Positions 20,171-30,718 of a stretch of DNA of 64,000 bases are shown here, piece by piece. How positions within the stretch are numbered: the first letter of the stretch is position 1; every line of letters begins with the position of its first letter. Location: positions 992,001-1,056,000 of the forward strand of contig OZ242041.1 of the NCBI GenBank assembly GCA_965205215.1. The letters run 5' to 3'. The notes beneath the pieces were generated by a model that was given only the letters and a program-made list of their open reading frames with translations, searched no databases and was not told the DNA's origin. This DNA is from Nitrosopumilus sp. GTDB taxonomy: Archaea; Thermoproteota; Nitrososphaeria; Nitrososphaerales; Nitrosopumilaceae. Made by a program: the position numbers and the translations under genes.

Positions 20171-21967
20171 ATGACACACAGGGTGGCCGTCCTTGACACC
20201 GACCTCTGCCAGCCGCGCAAGTGCGGGCTGGAGTGCATAAAGTACTGCCCCGTCAACAAGTCCGGCGCCGACTGCATCACGCTGGACGAGGAGGGCACGA
20301 AAAAGGCCCGCATCGACGAGGACATCTGCAACGGGTGCGGCATCTGCGTCAAGGTGTGTCCTTTCGAGGCCATTACGATAGTAAACCTCGCCGAGGAGCT
20401 GGCGTCCGACAAGGTCCATCAGTACGGCCCCAACTCGTTCCGCCTGTATCGGCTGCCCGTCCCGAGGAAGGGCGAGGTGATGGGCCTGCTGGGCCGCAAC
20501 GGCATGGGGAAGAGCACCATCGTGGGCATACTGTCCGGAAACATAATGCCCAACCTGGGCAGGTACGAGGACCCGCCCCAGTGGGACGAGATTCTCAAGT
20601 ATTACGGGGGCACCGAGCTGAAGGGCCACTTTGAGCGCATCATGCGCGGCGACGCCGCGTTCTCCATCAAGCCGCAGCAGGTCACCATGCTGGCGTCGGC
20701 CTTTGAGGGCACGGCGTCGGAGCTGATCGCAAAGTACGACCAGCGCGGGGTCGCGCGCCAGATGATCCGGGACCTGGACCTCGCAAACTCCGTGGACCGC
20801 AGGCTGTCGGAGCTCAGCGGGGGCGAGCTGCAGCGGGTGGCCGTGGCAGTCGCCGCGTCAAGGGACGCCGAGTTCTACTTTTTCGACGAGCCGTCCTCGT
20901 ACAACGACGTGTTCCAGAGGATCGGCGTGGCCAGGGTCATACAGGATCTGGCCAAGATCGGCAGGAGCGTGATGGTCGTGGAGCACGACCTGACGCTGCT
21001 TGACTTTCTGAGCGACTACATCGAGGTGGTCTACGGGGAGCCCGCCGCGTACGGCATAGTGTCAAGCGTGCTCTCGACCAAGGTGGGCGTCAACGTCTTC
21101 CTTGAGGGGTACCTGCCTTCCGAGAACGTCAGGTTCAGGGACAAAAAGTTCTCCTTTGACGCGTCGTCCGCGTCGCAGCCTGACGACGCGTTCGTGACGG
21201 GCGACGTCATAGTGTCCTATCCGAGCCTTGAGAGGAGGTACGAGTCGTTCTCCGTGAGCGTGGGGCCGGGGCGGGTCCGCAAGGGCGAGATCCTGGGGGT
21301 GATGGGGGCAAACGCGCTGGGCAAGACCACGATGATGAAGATGATTGCGGGCGCTGAGAAGCCCGACTCCGGCGCGGTGGACTCGAAGATAAAGCTGGCC
21401 TACAAGCCCCAGTACCTACAGGGCTCCTCGTCGGACGCCGAGGTCGTGTCCCTGCTGTCTGAGGCAAACGGGGATCCGATCGAGGGGAGCATGGAGGAGG
21501 AGCAGATCATCGACCCGCTGCGCGTCAAAAAGCTGTACAACAAGGCCGTCTCTCACCTCTCCGGGGGCGAGCTGCAGAAGGTGGCCGTCGCCGCGTGCCT
21601 GCTGCAGAAGGTGGACCTGTACGCGCTCGACGAGCCGTCTGCATTCCTTGACGTGGAGGACAGGATAGCGCTTGCAAAGTTCATACAAAAGTTCGTCAGG
21701 TCGTTTGGCAAGTCCGCGATAATCATCGACCACGACCTGCAGCTCATGGACCTGATATCCGACAGCATGATAATATTCGGCGGCGAGCCGGGCGTCCGGG
21801 GGGAGGCGACGGGGCCCATGCCCAAGAAGGAGGCCATGAACAGGTTTCTCAGCTCCCTTGACATGTCGTTTAGGCGGGATGAGAGGAGCATGCGGCCGCG
21901 CGTCAACAAGCCCGGCAGCAGGCTTGACAAGTCGCAGAAGACGGAGGGGAGGTTCTACTATGCGTGA
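20171..21967 (+). CDS. Ribosome recycling ATPase ABCE1/Rli
   Basis: N-terminal 2x[4Fe-4S] cysteines (CQPRKCGLECIKYCP; CNGCGICVKVCP) and two ABC domains. Confidence 0.97.
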   Translation: MTHRVAVLDTDLCQPRKCGLECIKYCPVNKSGADCITLDEEGTKKARIDEDICNGCGICVKVCPFEAITIVNLAEELASDKVHQYGPNSFRLYRLPVPRKGEVMGLLGRNGMGKSTIVGILSGNIMPNLGRYEDPPQWDEILKYYGGTELKGHFERIMRGDAAFSIKPQQVTMLASAFEGTASELIAKYDQRGVARQMIRDLDLANSVDRRLSELSGGELQRVAVAVAASRDAEFYFFDEPSSYNDVFQRIGVARVIQDLAKIGRSVMVVEHDLTLLDFLSDYIEVVYGEPAAYGIVSSVLSTKVGVNVFLEGYLPSENVRFRDKKFSFDASSASQPDDAFVTGDVIVSYPSLERRYESFSVSVGPGRVRKGEILGVMGANALGKTTMMKMIAGAEKPDSGAVDSKIKLAYKPQYLQGSSSDAEVVSLLSEANGDPIEGSMEEEQIIDPLRVKKLYNKAVSHLSGGELQKVAVAACLLQKVDLYALDEPSAFLDVEDRIALAKFIQKFVRSFGKSAIIIDHDLQLMDLISDSMIIFGGEPGVRGEATGPMPKKEAMNRFLSSLDMSFRRDERSMRPRVNKPGSRLDKSQKTEGRFYYA

Positions 21968-22085
21968 CGCGGCCCGCGCAGGCCGCGGGGCGGCCGTTCT
22001 GACTCCCCCACCGCCACCACCGCCGCCACGCGCACGCGCCGGTTCGTCCATATTGCGCCCGGCGGCCACCGTCCCGTGACGCACC

Positions 22086-22961
22086 ATGACCCGCATGCTG
22101 AAGCGAGCGCTGGAGGACGTCCTGACCGAGTCGGAGGCGGCCGAGTTCGTGTCCGCGTTCGACCAGATAGGGGAGATAGTCGTGGTGCGCATACCGGATA
22201 CGCTGCTTGAGAGGAGGTTCGAGATCGGCAGGGCCCTGCTAGACGAGATAAAGATCGTAAGGAGCGTGTTCTGCCAGGCGTCTGCAGTCGACGGCGAGTA
22301 CCGCACGCGCAAGCTGGAGCTTATCGCGGGGCTAGACGACACCACCACCACGTATAGGGAGTCCGGCTGCCGGTTCGTGGTGGACGTGGAGGGCGCGTTC
22401 TTCTCGCCCCGGCTCTCGCACGAGAGGGAGCGCATAGCCTCGCTCGTGCGGGACGGCGAGTCCGTGCTGAACATGTTCGGCGGCATCGGCATGTTCTCCG
22501 TGATTGCCGCCATGAAGACGGCGTGCACCGTATACAGCGTGGACTCGAACCCCGTCGCGTCCGGGCTGTGCGAGAGGAACGTGGAGCTGAACGAGCATTA
22601 CGGGCGCAAGAACCGGAAAAAGGGGCGCAAGATGGCCGGCCGCGTGATCCCGATATGCGGCGAGGCCTCGCAGGTGGTTCGGGACAGGTTCGACGGCACG
22701 TGCGACAGGACGCTCATGCTGCTGCCTGAGAGGTCCGACGAGTTTCTGGGCTCGGCGGTCCGGGCCACTGCCGACGGCGGCGTCATACACTACTACTCGC
22801 ACGTACACTCGGACTCCAAGGGGGACGCGGCCGCGCTCTCCGAGCGGCACTATCTGGACGTGGCGCCCGTGCGCTCTGAGATACTGGGCTCGAGGATAGT
22901 CAGGGCCGTGGGGCCACGGTATTACCAGACCGTGGTGGACGCGGTGATACGCAAGGGCTAG
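22086..22961 (+). CDS. Trm5/Taw2-family SAM-dependent tRNA modification enzyme
   Basis: FDQIGEI, YRESGCRF.VD...FFSPRL..ER, NMFGGIGMF, GGVIHYY. Confidence 0.85.
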   Translation: MTRMLKRALEDVLTESEAAEFVSAFDQIGEIVVVRIPDTLLERRFEIGRALLDEIKIVRSVFCQASAVDGEYRTRKLELIAGLDDTTTTYRESGCRFVVDVEGAFFSPRLSHERERIASLVRDGESVLNMFGGIGMFSVIAAMKTACTVYSVDSNPVASGLCERNVELNEHYGRKNRKKGRKMAGRVIPICGEASQVVRDRFDGTCDRTLMLLPERSDEFLGSAVRATADGGVIHYYSHVHSDSKGDAAALSERHYLDVAPVRSEILGSRIVRAVGPRYYQTVVDAVIRKG

Positions 22962-23263
22962 GGGGCGCTGCCGCCGTTTCCGTCTTTACTTTTGTCACCG
23001 ATGCCGCTGCCATCATTGTCTCCATCACCGCCCACGTCACCCGTGTCATCGTAGGAGGTTATCGTGGCCGACGTGGCGCGGGTCGTCGCCGTCACGTACC
23101 CTATCCACGCTATCACCCCCAGTATGCCCCCGACTATCATCAGCATGGAGAGCTGCTGTATTATGGGGCTCCACTCTGAGAGCATCAGCAGGTACGCGTA
23201 TACGAAGAACCCTGCAATTGACAACGAAAATATCATGATGCCGGTCCCCTTGCGCCTGTCCAT
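22958..23263 (-). CDS. Small two-TM membrane protein
   Basis: Two hydrophobic helices ending ..IAWIGY..ATT; TTAAATAA box upstream. Confidence 0.7.
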   Translation of the reverse strand: MDRRKGTGIMIFSLSIAGFFVYAYLLMLSEWSPIIQQLSMLMIVGGILGVIAWIGYVTATTRATSATITSYDDTGDVGGDGDNDGSGIGDKSKDGNGGSAP

Positions 23264-23458
23264 GCCGTGGGGCTCTGCGGTAGTTATTTAATGGTAATCG
23301 GTTGTGGCGAAGGGCTTGCGCAGGCCGCACCTGGGGCCGGGCCGGTGACTCTTCGGACTGCCTTGCGCCTTGCGGCGTGCGCCTTGGAGGATGCTTGGCA
23401 CGCGCGGCCGCGGACTTGACACGATGGACTTGCAGCATGTGTGACGCCGTCTGCGCCC

Positions 23459-24571
23459 TTATTCTGCCGGCGGTGCAGCGCCGACCGCGTTGGGTATCTT
23501 CACCGCCATTGCAAATCCGGCCACTATTGCAATGATGGCAAAGTACATCACGGCCACGTACCCGTACGCGAGCGCTATGGCGCCCGCCGCAACGGGCCCG
23601 ATCACGGCCGCGATTGATATCGTGCTGCTGAAGATGCCGGTGCTGGTGGACTTGGGGTTGTTGTCCATGAGGTGGAAGCTGCCCCCCACGTACAGGAACG
23701 CCCACGTGAACCCCACCAGGGCCATGAACGGCATGGCCTGCCACCACTGGTCGATCATAGCCAGCCCCACAAACACGAACGCGGTCATCCCTATCCCGAC
23801 CTTGAACTTTGTCACGTTTGAGATGTGTATGCGAAACGCCATCAGGTTCATCACCACGAACGCCGTCGCCGTGTTTGCCACGTATACCACGGAGACCTGC
23901 CAGAGCTCGGCGCCCATGGACTCGGTCAGCATCAGGGGCAGGACGGTCCAGGCCGCGACGGCCCCCACGTGCCTCATGAGCAGCGCGAGGAACAGGAACC
24001 TGTTGTTCTTTATGACCCGCTTGGTGGTGCCGGGTGCCGTCTCCTTCGGCGGCCTCGTATCGGACAGTCTTGAGGAGCTTGCAAGCCCCGCCGCAAACAG
24101 GCCCGCGCTGGCAAGGAATATCAGGTCCGTGTCGTTTGCAATGCCGGCGGCAACTATGCCGGCAAGCCACCCCAGGGCGTGGAACGACACGACTGACGCC
24201 ACCTTCTTCTTGTGCCGGCCCGCCTCGTACGCGTACGCGAGCAGGGGCGGGATCATCACGCCGGTGGCCACCCCTCCCGCGATCCTTGCAAGCAGCAGCA
24301 TGTGCGCGTCGTCTGCAAAATAGTGCAGGGCGTGCACTATGGCGCACGCGGCCAGCCCGGCCCTTATGAACAGGAGGCGGTGGCCCCGCTTGTCAGACAG
24401 CCGCCCAAAGTACACCTCGGAGACTATCTGCGCCATGCTGAACGACGCCACTATGATGCCGATCTCAAATATCGCGTCGGTCACGCCGCTTGCTATCACC
24501 GGCATGAACATCAGCACCGCCGATATCCCGGCGTGCTGGAAAAAGGTGGTAACCCTGATGTGGTTGTCCAT
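23459..24571 (-). CDS. MFS transporter
   Basis: About 12 TM segments, GRLSDKRG motif A. Confidence 0.9.
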   Translation of the reverse strand: MDNHIRVTTFFQHAGISAVLMFMPVIASGVTDAIFEIGIIVASFSMAQIVSEVYFGRLSDKRGHRLLFIRAGLAACAIVHALHYFADDAHMLLLARIAGGVATGVMIPPLLAYAYEAGRHKKKVASVVSFHALGWLAGIVAAGIANDTDLIFLASAGLFAAGLASSSRLSDTRPPKETAPGTTKRVIKNNRFLFLALLMRHVGAVAAWTVLPLMLTESMGAELWQVSVVYVANTATAFVVMNLMAFRIHISNVTKFKVGIGMTAFVFVGLAMIDQWWQAMPFMALVGFTWAFLYVGGSFHLMDNNPKSTSTGIFSSTISIAAVIGPVAAGAIALAYGYVAVMYFAIIAIVAGFAMAVKIPNAVGAAPPAE

Positions 24572-24810
24572 ACCCGACGGCGTCAGTGACATGTTGGGGG
24601 CGCCGTGACAGGCCTGTTTTATTTGGAGCATGTACCGCCGCCCGCGCCGCGCCGCGGGCCTGCACTGTCGTGATGACTGCCGGTGACGGCGCGGCGATCA
24701 CGATGACTGCGCCCCGGCAGCCTTTCTGGCGCAGTCGCGGCGCATGCCCGCCGCGTCCTGCCGCTCTGACTCGAGTAGATTTTTATTCAATTTGGGGCGT
24801 GAGTGACTGC

Positions 24811-26487
24811 ATGGGGCTGGACTACTGCACGATACGCTCAAAGGTTCTGCGGGCCCGCAAGCTTGTCATACGCGGCACCGCGGCAGCCGGCTCCGGGCAC
24901 CCCGGCGGCTCGTTCTCCATGGCCGAGATACTGGGCTGCCTGTTCTACAAGCACATGCGGTACGATCCGCGCAACCCGCAGTGGGAGGACAGGGACCGGC
25001 TCGTCCTCTCAAAGGGGCACGCGGCGCCAGGACTGTTCTCTAACATGGCAGTGGCCGGGTACTTTGCAGAGTCCGAGATTGACACGCTCCGGGCGTTTGG
25101 AAGCAGGCTCCAGGGCCATCCGGACCTAAAGTGCCCCGGCGTCGAGTTCTGCGGCGGCTCGCTTGGGACCGGGCTCTCGTATTCTGTGGGGGTCGCGCTC
25201 GCGGCCCGCCTGGATTCCAGGCCCTGCCGCGTATACTCGGTAATCGGGGACGGCGAGTCCGACGAGGGCCAGATATGGGAGGCCGCCATGGCCGCCTCCA
25301 AGTACGGGGTGGACAACCTGACCGTCTTCCTCGACCGCAACTTTATCCAGCAGGACTCGTACACGGAGCGCGTCATGCCGCTTGACTCCCGGCTGGGGGA
25401 CGCCGAGGAGATATCTACAATGTGGCTCGACCAGGACAGGTGGAGGACGGGCGACAAGTGGCGCGCGTTCGGATGGAACGTGATCGAGATTGACGGGCAC
25501 CGCATAGAGCAGATTGACGACGCCATAAAGAGGGCCCGGGCGCACGGGGGAGCCCCGACCATAATCATATCGCGCACCATAAAGGGCAAGTCCGTCGAGC
25601 ACATGGAGGACAACCCGCAGTGGCACGGCAAGGCGCCCGCAAAGGACATGGTGCCGATAATCAACGCAGAGCTGGAGTCCCAGTCGATAATAGCGCCGTC
25701 GATAATAGCCGGCGACATGACGGATTTGGCCGCCGAGGTCGTACGGTGCGCCGAGGGCAGGGCCGACTACATCCACCTCGACGTGATGGACGGCAGGTTC
25801 GTCCCAAACAAAACGTTCCTGCACGAAAAGGTAAAAGAGCTGAGGCCGCTCACGCTGATCCCGTTTGACACGCACCTCATGATAGAGGAGCCCCACAGGC
25901 ACGTGCGCCAGTACGTGGACGCCGGCAGCGACATAGTTACGGTGCACGCAGAGGTCACGGACGGCGACACGTTCGGCGAGATATCCGACATGCTGCGCGA
26001 GAACGGCGTGGGCGTGGGCCTTGCAATCAACCCGGACACGGAGCTTCCGGGGTGGTCGCTGGGGTTCCTTCCCAGGATAGACCAGATCATAGTTATGTCG
26101 GTGGTGCCCGGCAGGTCGGGCCAAAAATACATCGAGTCGACCCACCAGAAGATGGCGCGGCTCATGCCCATACTTGGGGACAACGGCTTTGCCGGGTACG
26201 TGGAGGCCGACGGGGGCGTAAACCTTGAGAACGTGGCGTCGGTGTTTGCCGACGGCGCCCGCGCCTTTGTGGGCGGCGGCGCCATCGTGTCGACCCCGGA
26301 CGTGCGCGCGTCCATACGCGGGTTCAGGCAGGCGGTCGCGACCGCAAGGCGGAGGATGCTGCTTGACCTGGCCGACAGCCTCGGGGGCAGCGACCTTGTG
26401 GAGCGCTGGATAAACCTGCACGTGGTGGGCGCCAGGCCGGCCGAGGTCAGGACGATCGCGCAGGAGGCGGGATACGTTGCCAGGTGA
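24811..26487 (+). CDS. Transketolase N-terminal subunit fused to ribulose-phosphate 3-epimerase
   Basis: SGHPGG, LSKGH, GDGE..EG, DGH, WHG, then IAPSII, HLDVMDG.FVPN, DTHLM, MSVVPG.SGQ, EADGG. Confidence 0.93.
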   Translation: MGLDYCTIRSKVLRARKLVIRGTAAAGSGHPGGSFSMAEILGCLFYKHMRYDPRNPQWEDRDRLVLSKGHAAPGLFSNMAVAGYFAESEIDTLRAFGSRLQGHPDLKCPGVEFCGGSLGTGLSYSVGVALAARLDSRPCRVYSVIGDGESDEGQIWEAAMAASKYGVDNLTVFLDRNFIQQDSYTERVMPLDSRLGDAEEISTMWLDQDRWRTGDKWRAFGWNVIEIDGHRIEQIDDAIKRARAHGGAPTIIISRTIKGKSVEHMEDNPQWHGKAPAKDMVPIINAELESQSIIAPSIIAGDMTDLAAEVVRCAEGRADYIHLDVMDGRFVPNKTFLHEKVKELRPLTLIPFDTHLMIEEPHRHVRQYVDAGSDIVTVHAEVTDGDTFGEISDMLRENGVGVGLAINPDTELPGWSLGFLPRIDQIIVMSVVPGRSGQKYIESTHQKMARLMPILGDNGFAGYVEADGGVNLENVASVFADGARAFVGGGAIVSTPDVRASIRGFRQAVATARRRMLLDLADSLGGSDLVERWINLHVVGARPAEVRTIAQEAGYVAR

Positions 26488-27484
26488 GCCCGTCCTGACT
26501 GACATGCGCACCGCGTACGCCGAGGCCCTGGTGCGCGAGGGCAGGGGCAACCCGGACGTCGTGGTGATGGGGGCCGACACGACGGACTCCCTGAAGACCT
26601 CCAAGTTCGGCAGGGAGTTTCCCGACCGCTTCTTCAACGTCGGGATCGCGGAGGGCAACCTCGTCACTATATCGGCGGGGCTTGCCGCGTCCGGCAAGAC
26701 CGTGTTTGCAAGCACGTACGCCATATTCCTGCCGGGGCGCGCGGTGGACCAGATCCGCAACAACGTGGCGTACCCGTCGCCCGGCGGACGCGGCGGGCTC
26801 AACGTGAAGCTGGTGGCCTCGCACGGCGGCCTCTCGGTGGGCCCCGACGGCGGGTCGCACCAGCAGCTGGAGGACATCTCGATAATGAGGACGATCCCAA
26901 ACTTCCGGGTCATGATCCCTGCCGACACCGTGGCAGTCTCGGCCCTGACGCGCATGATGGCCGCGGAATACGGCCCGTTCTACATGAGGATGGCCCGCTC
27001 AAAGACGCCGCTTGTGTATGATGATGATGATAACGACGGCAGCAGCGCCGACAAGCGGTTTGAGGCGGGCCGCGCAAACGTCCTGCGCGACGGCTCGGAC
27101 TGCACGATAGCCGCCTGCGGCATCACAGTAAGCATGGCGCTCGAGGCCGCCGACCTGCTGCGGCGCGAAAAGCAGATGTCCTGCCGCGTCCTTGACATGT
27201 TCTCGGTAAAGCCGATAGACGGGCGCGCGCTTGAAAGGGCGGCGCGCCAGACGGGCCGCATACTCACCGCCGAGGAGCACAACATCATAGGGGGGATGGG
27301 CTCGGCAGTGGCCGAGTCCGTGTCCGAGTCGTACCCGGTCCCGATAAAGCGCATCGGCGCGCTCGACGCGTTCGGCGAGTCGGCCCGCGACGCGGAGGTT
27401 CCCCTCCTCCTGCAAAAGCACGGGATCACACCGTTTAATATGGCGCAGCAGGCAGGCGCGCTCGAGAGGTTGCCTGAGAGATGA
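26477..27484 (+). CDS. Transketolase C-terminal subunit
   Basis: FFNVGIAE, GPDGGSHQ, AEEH. Confidence 0.93.
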   Translation: MPGEPVLTDMRTAYAEALVREGRGNPDVVVMGADTTDSLKTSKFGREFPDRFFNVGIAEGNLVTISAGLAASGKTVFASTYAIFLPGRAVDQIRNNVAYPSPGGRGGLNVKLVASHGGLSVGPDGGSHQQLEDISIMRTIPNFRVMIPADTVAVSALTRMMAAEYGPFYMRMARSKTPLVYDDDDNDGSSADKRFEAGRANVLRDGSDCTIAACGITVSMALEAADLLRREKQMSCRVLDMFSVKPIDGRALERAARQTGRILTAEEHNIIGGMGSAVAESVSESYPVPIKRIGALDAFGESARDAEVPLLLQKHGITPFNMAQQAGALERLPER

Positions 27485-28140
27485 AGATATTTCTTGACAC
27501 GGCCGACATCAGGCTCATCAGAAAGTACAACGACATGGGGCTCGTGGACGGCATTACGACAAACCCGTCCCTGCTTGCAAAGGCCGGCGGTGATCCTGCC
27601 GGCGCAATGGCCGAGATATCCGACGTGATAAAGGGCGACGTCAGCCTGGAGGTGGTGGCCACCGACAGCGACGCGATGGTCGAGGAGGGGCGCAGGCTGC
27701 GCCAATACGGCGACAACGTGGTGGTGAAGGTGCCCATGACCCCCGACGGCCTGGCCGCATGCCGCCGCCTGTCGTCTGAGGGCATTCCCGTGAACGTCAC
27801 GCTGGTGTTCTCCACGAACCAGGCCATACTGGCCGCCAAGGCGGGCGCCAGGTACGTGAGCCCGTTCATAGGGCGCATCGACGACACGGGCCACGACGGC
27901 ATGCAGCTGATCGAGGATTTGGTGGGGATATTCCAGAACTACGGCTTTGAGACCCAGATACTGGTGGCAAGCGTGCGCCATCCCGTGCACGTAAAGGAGG
28001 CCGCAATGCTGGGCGCCGACGTCGTGACGCTGCCCCCTGCCGTGCTTGAAAAGATGCTGCACCACCCGCTCACGAAGATAGGGCTGGACAACTTTCTTGC
28101 CGACTGGGCAAAGCTGACCGGTCAGGGATCGTCCTCCTAG
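27481..28140 (+). CDS. tal: Transaldolase (FSA-like)
   Basis: MKIFLDTA, GITTNPSL, VVKVP, NVTLVFS, YVSPFIGR. Confidence 0.95.
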   Translation: MKIFLDTADIRLIRKYNDMGLVDGITTNPSLLAKAGGDPAGAMAEISDVIKGDVSLEVVATDSDAMVEEGRRLRQYGDNVVVKVPMTPDGLAACRRLSSEGIPVNVTLVFSTNQAILAAKAGARYVSPFIGRIDDTGHDGMQLIEDLVGIFQNYGFETQILVASVRHPVHVKEAAMLGADVVTLPPAVLEKMLHHPLTKIGLDNFLADWAKLTGQGSSS

Positions 28141-28309
28141 TCCTGACATTACGGAACCCCGGTTTTACTGCGTTATCGTCCGCGCCTAGTCCCTGCCGTC
28201 TTTGTCTCTCCCCCTCCTCTTGGACGACGGCCTGCAGCCCGGCTTGCAAAATATTGACTCGCGCGCACGTGTCAGCCTGCAGAAAATGAAAAAGTGGTTT
28301 GCACGAATG

Positions 28310-28564
28310 CTACTTTGAGGACTTGGACTTGGTTCCCCTGCCGGCACTCATGCTGCCCTTGTACTTTGGCCTGTTCTTTGGTTCTGGGACGTCCTTGAGC
28401 TTTCTGGAGCCGGTTCCCCTGCCGGACGTGATCGTCCTCTCACCGGCTGCACTCTTGCGCGCCGCTTGGATCTTCTTAAACTCCTCACCCGTCCACTTTT
28501 GGGGGTTGTTGTCGACCTCTATGGTGCCTGTACCCCTGCCAGTTCGGATTCTGATCTTGACCAT
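28310..28564 (-). CDS. Small basic protein with three GRGT motifs
   Basis: 84 aa, Lys/Arg-rich; AT-rich promoter-like region upstream; T-rich tract downstream. Confidence 0.7.
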   Translation of the reverse strand: MVKIRIRTGRGTGTIEVDNNPQKWTGEEFKKIQAARKSAAGERTITSGRGTGSRKLKDVPEPKNRPKYKGSMSAGRGTKSKSSK

Positions 28565-28669
28565 GTCACGAGTTGAATTAACTTGTATTTATCATGTTCC
28601 ATGATCATATGATCTGCGTGCTTGCGGGCCCGCACCTGCTTGATATATGCGCGGCCGCATAACAGGTAC

Positions 28670-29566
28670 ATGAGGGGCATTCTGTATGCGGTGATCCCCG
28701 CAGTCGTGCTGGGCCTGGTATTGGCAAACGCCTTTTACGGGCACGTGCTGTTCGGGTACGCGTACGACCGCGCGATAAACAAGTATTCGGTGTACGTGCA
28801 CCTGCAGCCGGGGTGGGAGAGCCATCCGGGCAACATACTGTTTGACGTCACAAACGTGTGGTCCGGCCCCGCGGCCGCCGCTGCGGACACCTACCTGCCC
28901 GGCTCCACGGACCCCGACGACATCTCGTCGCTGACCTCGTACAACCGCAACCAGCTCCAGCACCAGAAGTCCAAGCCGTACGTGGAGCTCCGGCACGAGT
29001 TCAGCGGCTGCGAGACCCAGTGGCGCCCAATCCCGTACAGGTATGCCGCAGATACGCTGCGCAGCTGGTCGGAGGTTGCAAGCGGCGCGCAGGCCGGGGG
29101 CTCGGACGGGGAAGGGGCCGGGCACGTGGAGCCCGCGTTTGCCGAGGCCGGCGCGGGCGATCCATACGTGATGGTGTTCCCGAACGCTCCAAACGCGGCG
29201 TACGGCCCGGACGAGCAGTCCGAGCTGGTGCGGGACGGGTACGCGCAGATCATACCTGTCTGCGTGGCATCCGGGGCGGCGGGGCAATCCACGTACGACT
29301 ATGCAATAATGGTAAACGATCCGGACATCGGGTTTGACGCGTACTTTGTCAGGTCCGCCGAGGACGCGGCAGCCCACGTCTCGTCGGGCCGCAGCGGGGT
29401 TCCGGCGTTCTACGAGAGCCCCGGATGCCACGTCACGAACCACAACAGCTTTGCCGGGACGTGCCACGGGGTGGAGCACGGCTCCGGACTGCTGATAATC
29501 GTGCCAGACATGCTTGACCTGTCGCTTACAAAGGTGCGCGTCGGGCTGCATGAGCGTCCGCAGTAG
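28670..29566 (+). CDS. Hypothetical exported/membrane-anchored protein
   Basis: N-terminal hydrophobic segment; host-like codon usage; GATATAT box upstream. Confidence 0.7.
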   Translation: MRGILYAVIPAVVLGLVLANAFYGHVLFGYAYDRAINKYSVYVHLQPGWESHPGNILFDVTNVWSGPAAAAADTYLPGSTDPDDISSLTSYNRNQLQHQKSKPYVELRHEFSGCETQWRPIPYRYAADTLRSWSEVASGAQAGGSDGEGAGHVEPAFAEAGAGDPYVMVFPNAPNAAYGPDEQSELVRDGYAQIIPVCVASGAAGQSTYDYAIMVNDPDIGFDAYFVRSAEDAAAHVSSGRSGVPAFYESPGCHVTNHNSFAGTCHGVEHGSGLLIIVPDMLDLSLTKVRVGLHERPQ

Positions 29567-29677
29567 CCGCGCCCCCCCCTCCCTCACGCGTCGAGGCGCG
29601 CATGCTCCGCGCCCTGCTGCTGCTGCCGCCCCCGCCGGCCCCGCACGGGCCTGCGGCCGCCGCGTGCGCCGCCGTGC

Positions 29678-30718
29678 CTAGTTGGTCATCCAGCCGCGCC
29701 GCTTGAAATACGCAATCATGAGTATGGCCGGTATGATCGACGCCAGCACCAGTATTGCAAACGGCGTGAACGCGCCCAGCGCGGAGTCCGCCCCGGACGC
29801 GCCCGCAATGCCGCCCGGGAGACTCACGTTCATCCCATAGAACGTGCCTATCACGGTGGCCGGTATGGCGAGCGTGAATATTATGGTGAGCATGCTCAGC
29901 ACCTTGTTTGTCTTTTCGGTGCTCAGCACGTAGTTGGTGTCCTTGTAGATCTCCATGGTCTCCCTTGACTCCTCCAGGGTCTCTATCACCTTGTCTATGT
30001 GGTCTATTATGTCGTCGTACAGCAGCATCGTGTCCTCGTCCTTTCCGTCTGAGAACTTTTGTACGCACTTTGCTATCTCCTGGACGAACCTCTTGAGCGG
30101 GTTTGCAATTCTTCTCTGCCTGTTGATCTCCCTCCTGAGCATGGCAATGCTCCTTGCGGCCGACATGCTCTCATCAAACACCCTGTCCTCGAGATCATCG
30201 AGGTTGGCGATTATCTTTCTTGACGTGTGCATCAGGTCGTCCACCAGCTCGTCGATTATGGTGTGCAGCAGCATGCTGGTGGGGCCGCTGAGCGGGCTGC
30301 CTCCCTTGTACGCGTCAAGCCCTCCCTGCTTTGCGGTCCTGACCAAATCCGTCAGCGGCTTCAGGTCCCCCTGGTGGACCGTAATCAGAAAGTCCTTGCC
30401 GACGAACATCGAGAGCTGGCTGTTCCTGAGGATGCCGCCCTTCTGGGCCAGCGGCGGGAAGTGCAGTATGACAAAAAAGTGGTCCTCGTAACTGTCAAGT
30501 TTCGGAAGCTCGAACTTTGTGAGGCAGTCCTCCACGTTGAGCTCGTTGAGGCCGTACTCCTTTACGATCGTCTCCAGGCGCTCCCTGTCGGGGTTCTCAA
30601 GATCCGTCCATGTCAGCTTCTTGCCCTCGATCTTCTGGGTCCTCTGGGGGCTCTCCGCGCCGCCGTCCTCTGCCTTGGCCCCGCCCCTGAGCCTCTTGGT
30701 AATGAACTCTCTCTTCAA
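29678..30718 (-). CDS. corA: CorA family Mg/Co transporter
   Basis: LTIIF...GTFYGMN signature, two C-terminal TMs. Confidence 0.93.
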   Translation of the reverse strand: MKREFITKRLRGGAKAEDGGAESPQRTQKIEGKKLTWTDLENPDRERLETIVKEYGLNELNVEDCLTKFELPKLDSYEDHFFVILHFPPLAQKGGILRNSQLSMFVGKDFLITVHQGDLKPLTDLVRTAKQGGLDAYKGGSPLSGPTSMLLHTIIDELVDDLMHTSRKIIANLDDLEDRVFDESMSAARSIAMLRREINRQRRIANPLKRFVQEIAKCVQKFSDGKDEDTMLLYDDIIDHIDKVIETLEESRETMEIYKDTNYVLSTEKTNKVLSMLTIIFTLAIPATVIGTFYGMNVSLPGGIAGASGADSALGAFTPFAILVLASIIPAILMIAYFKRRGWMTN

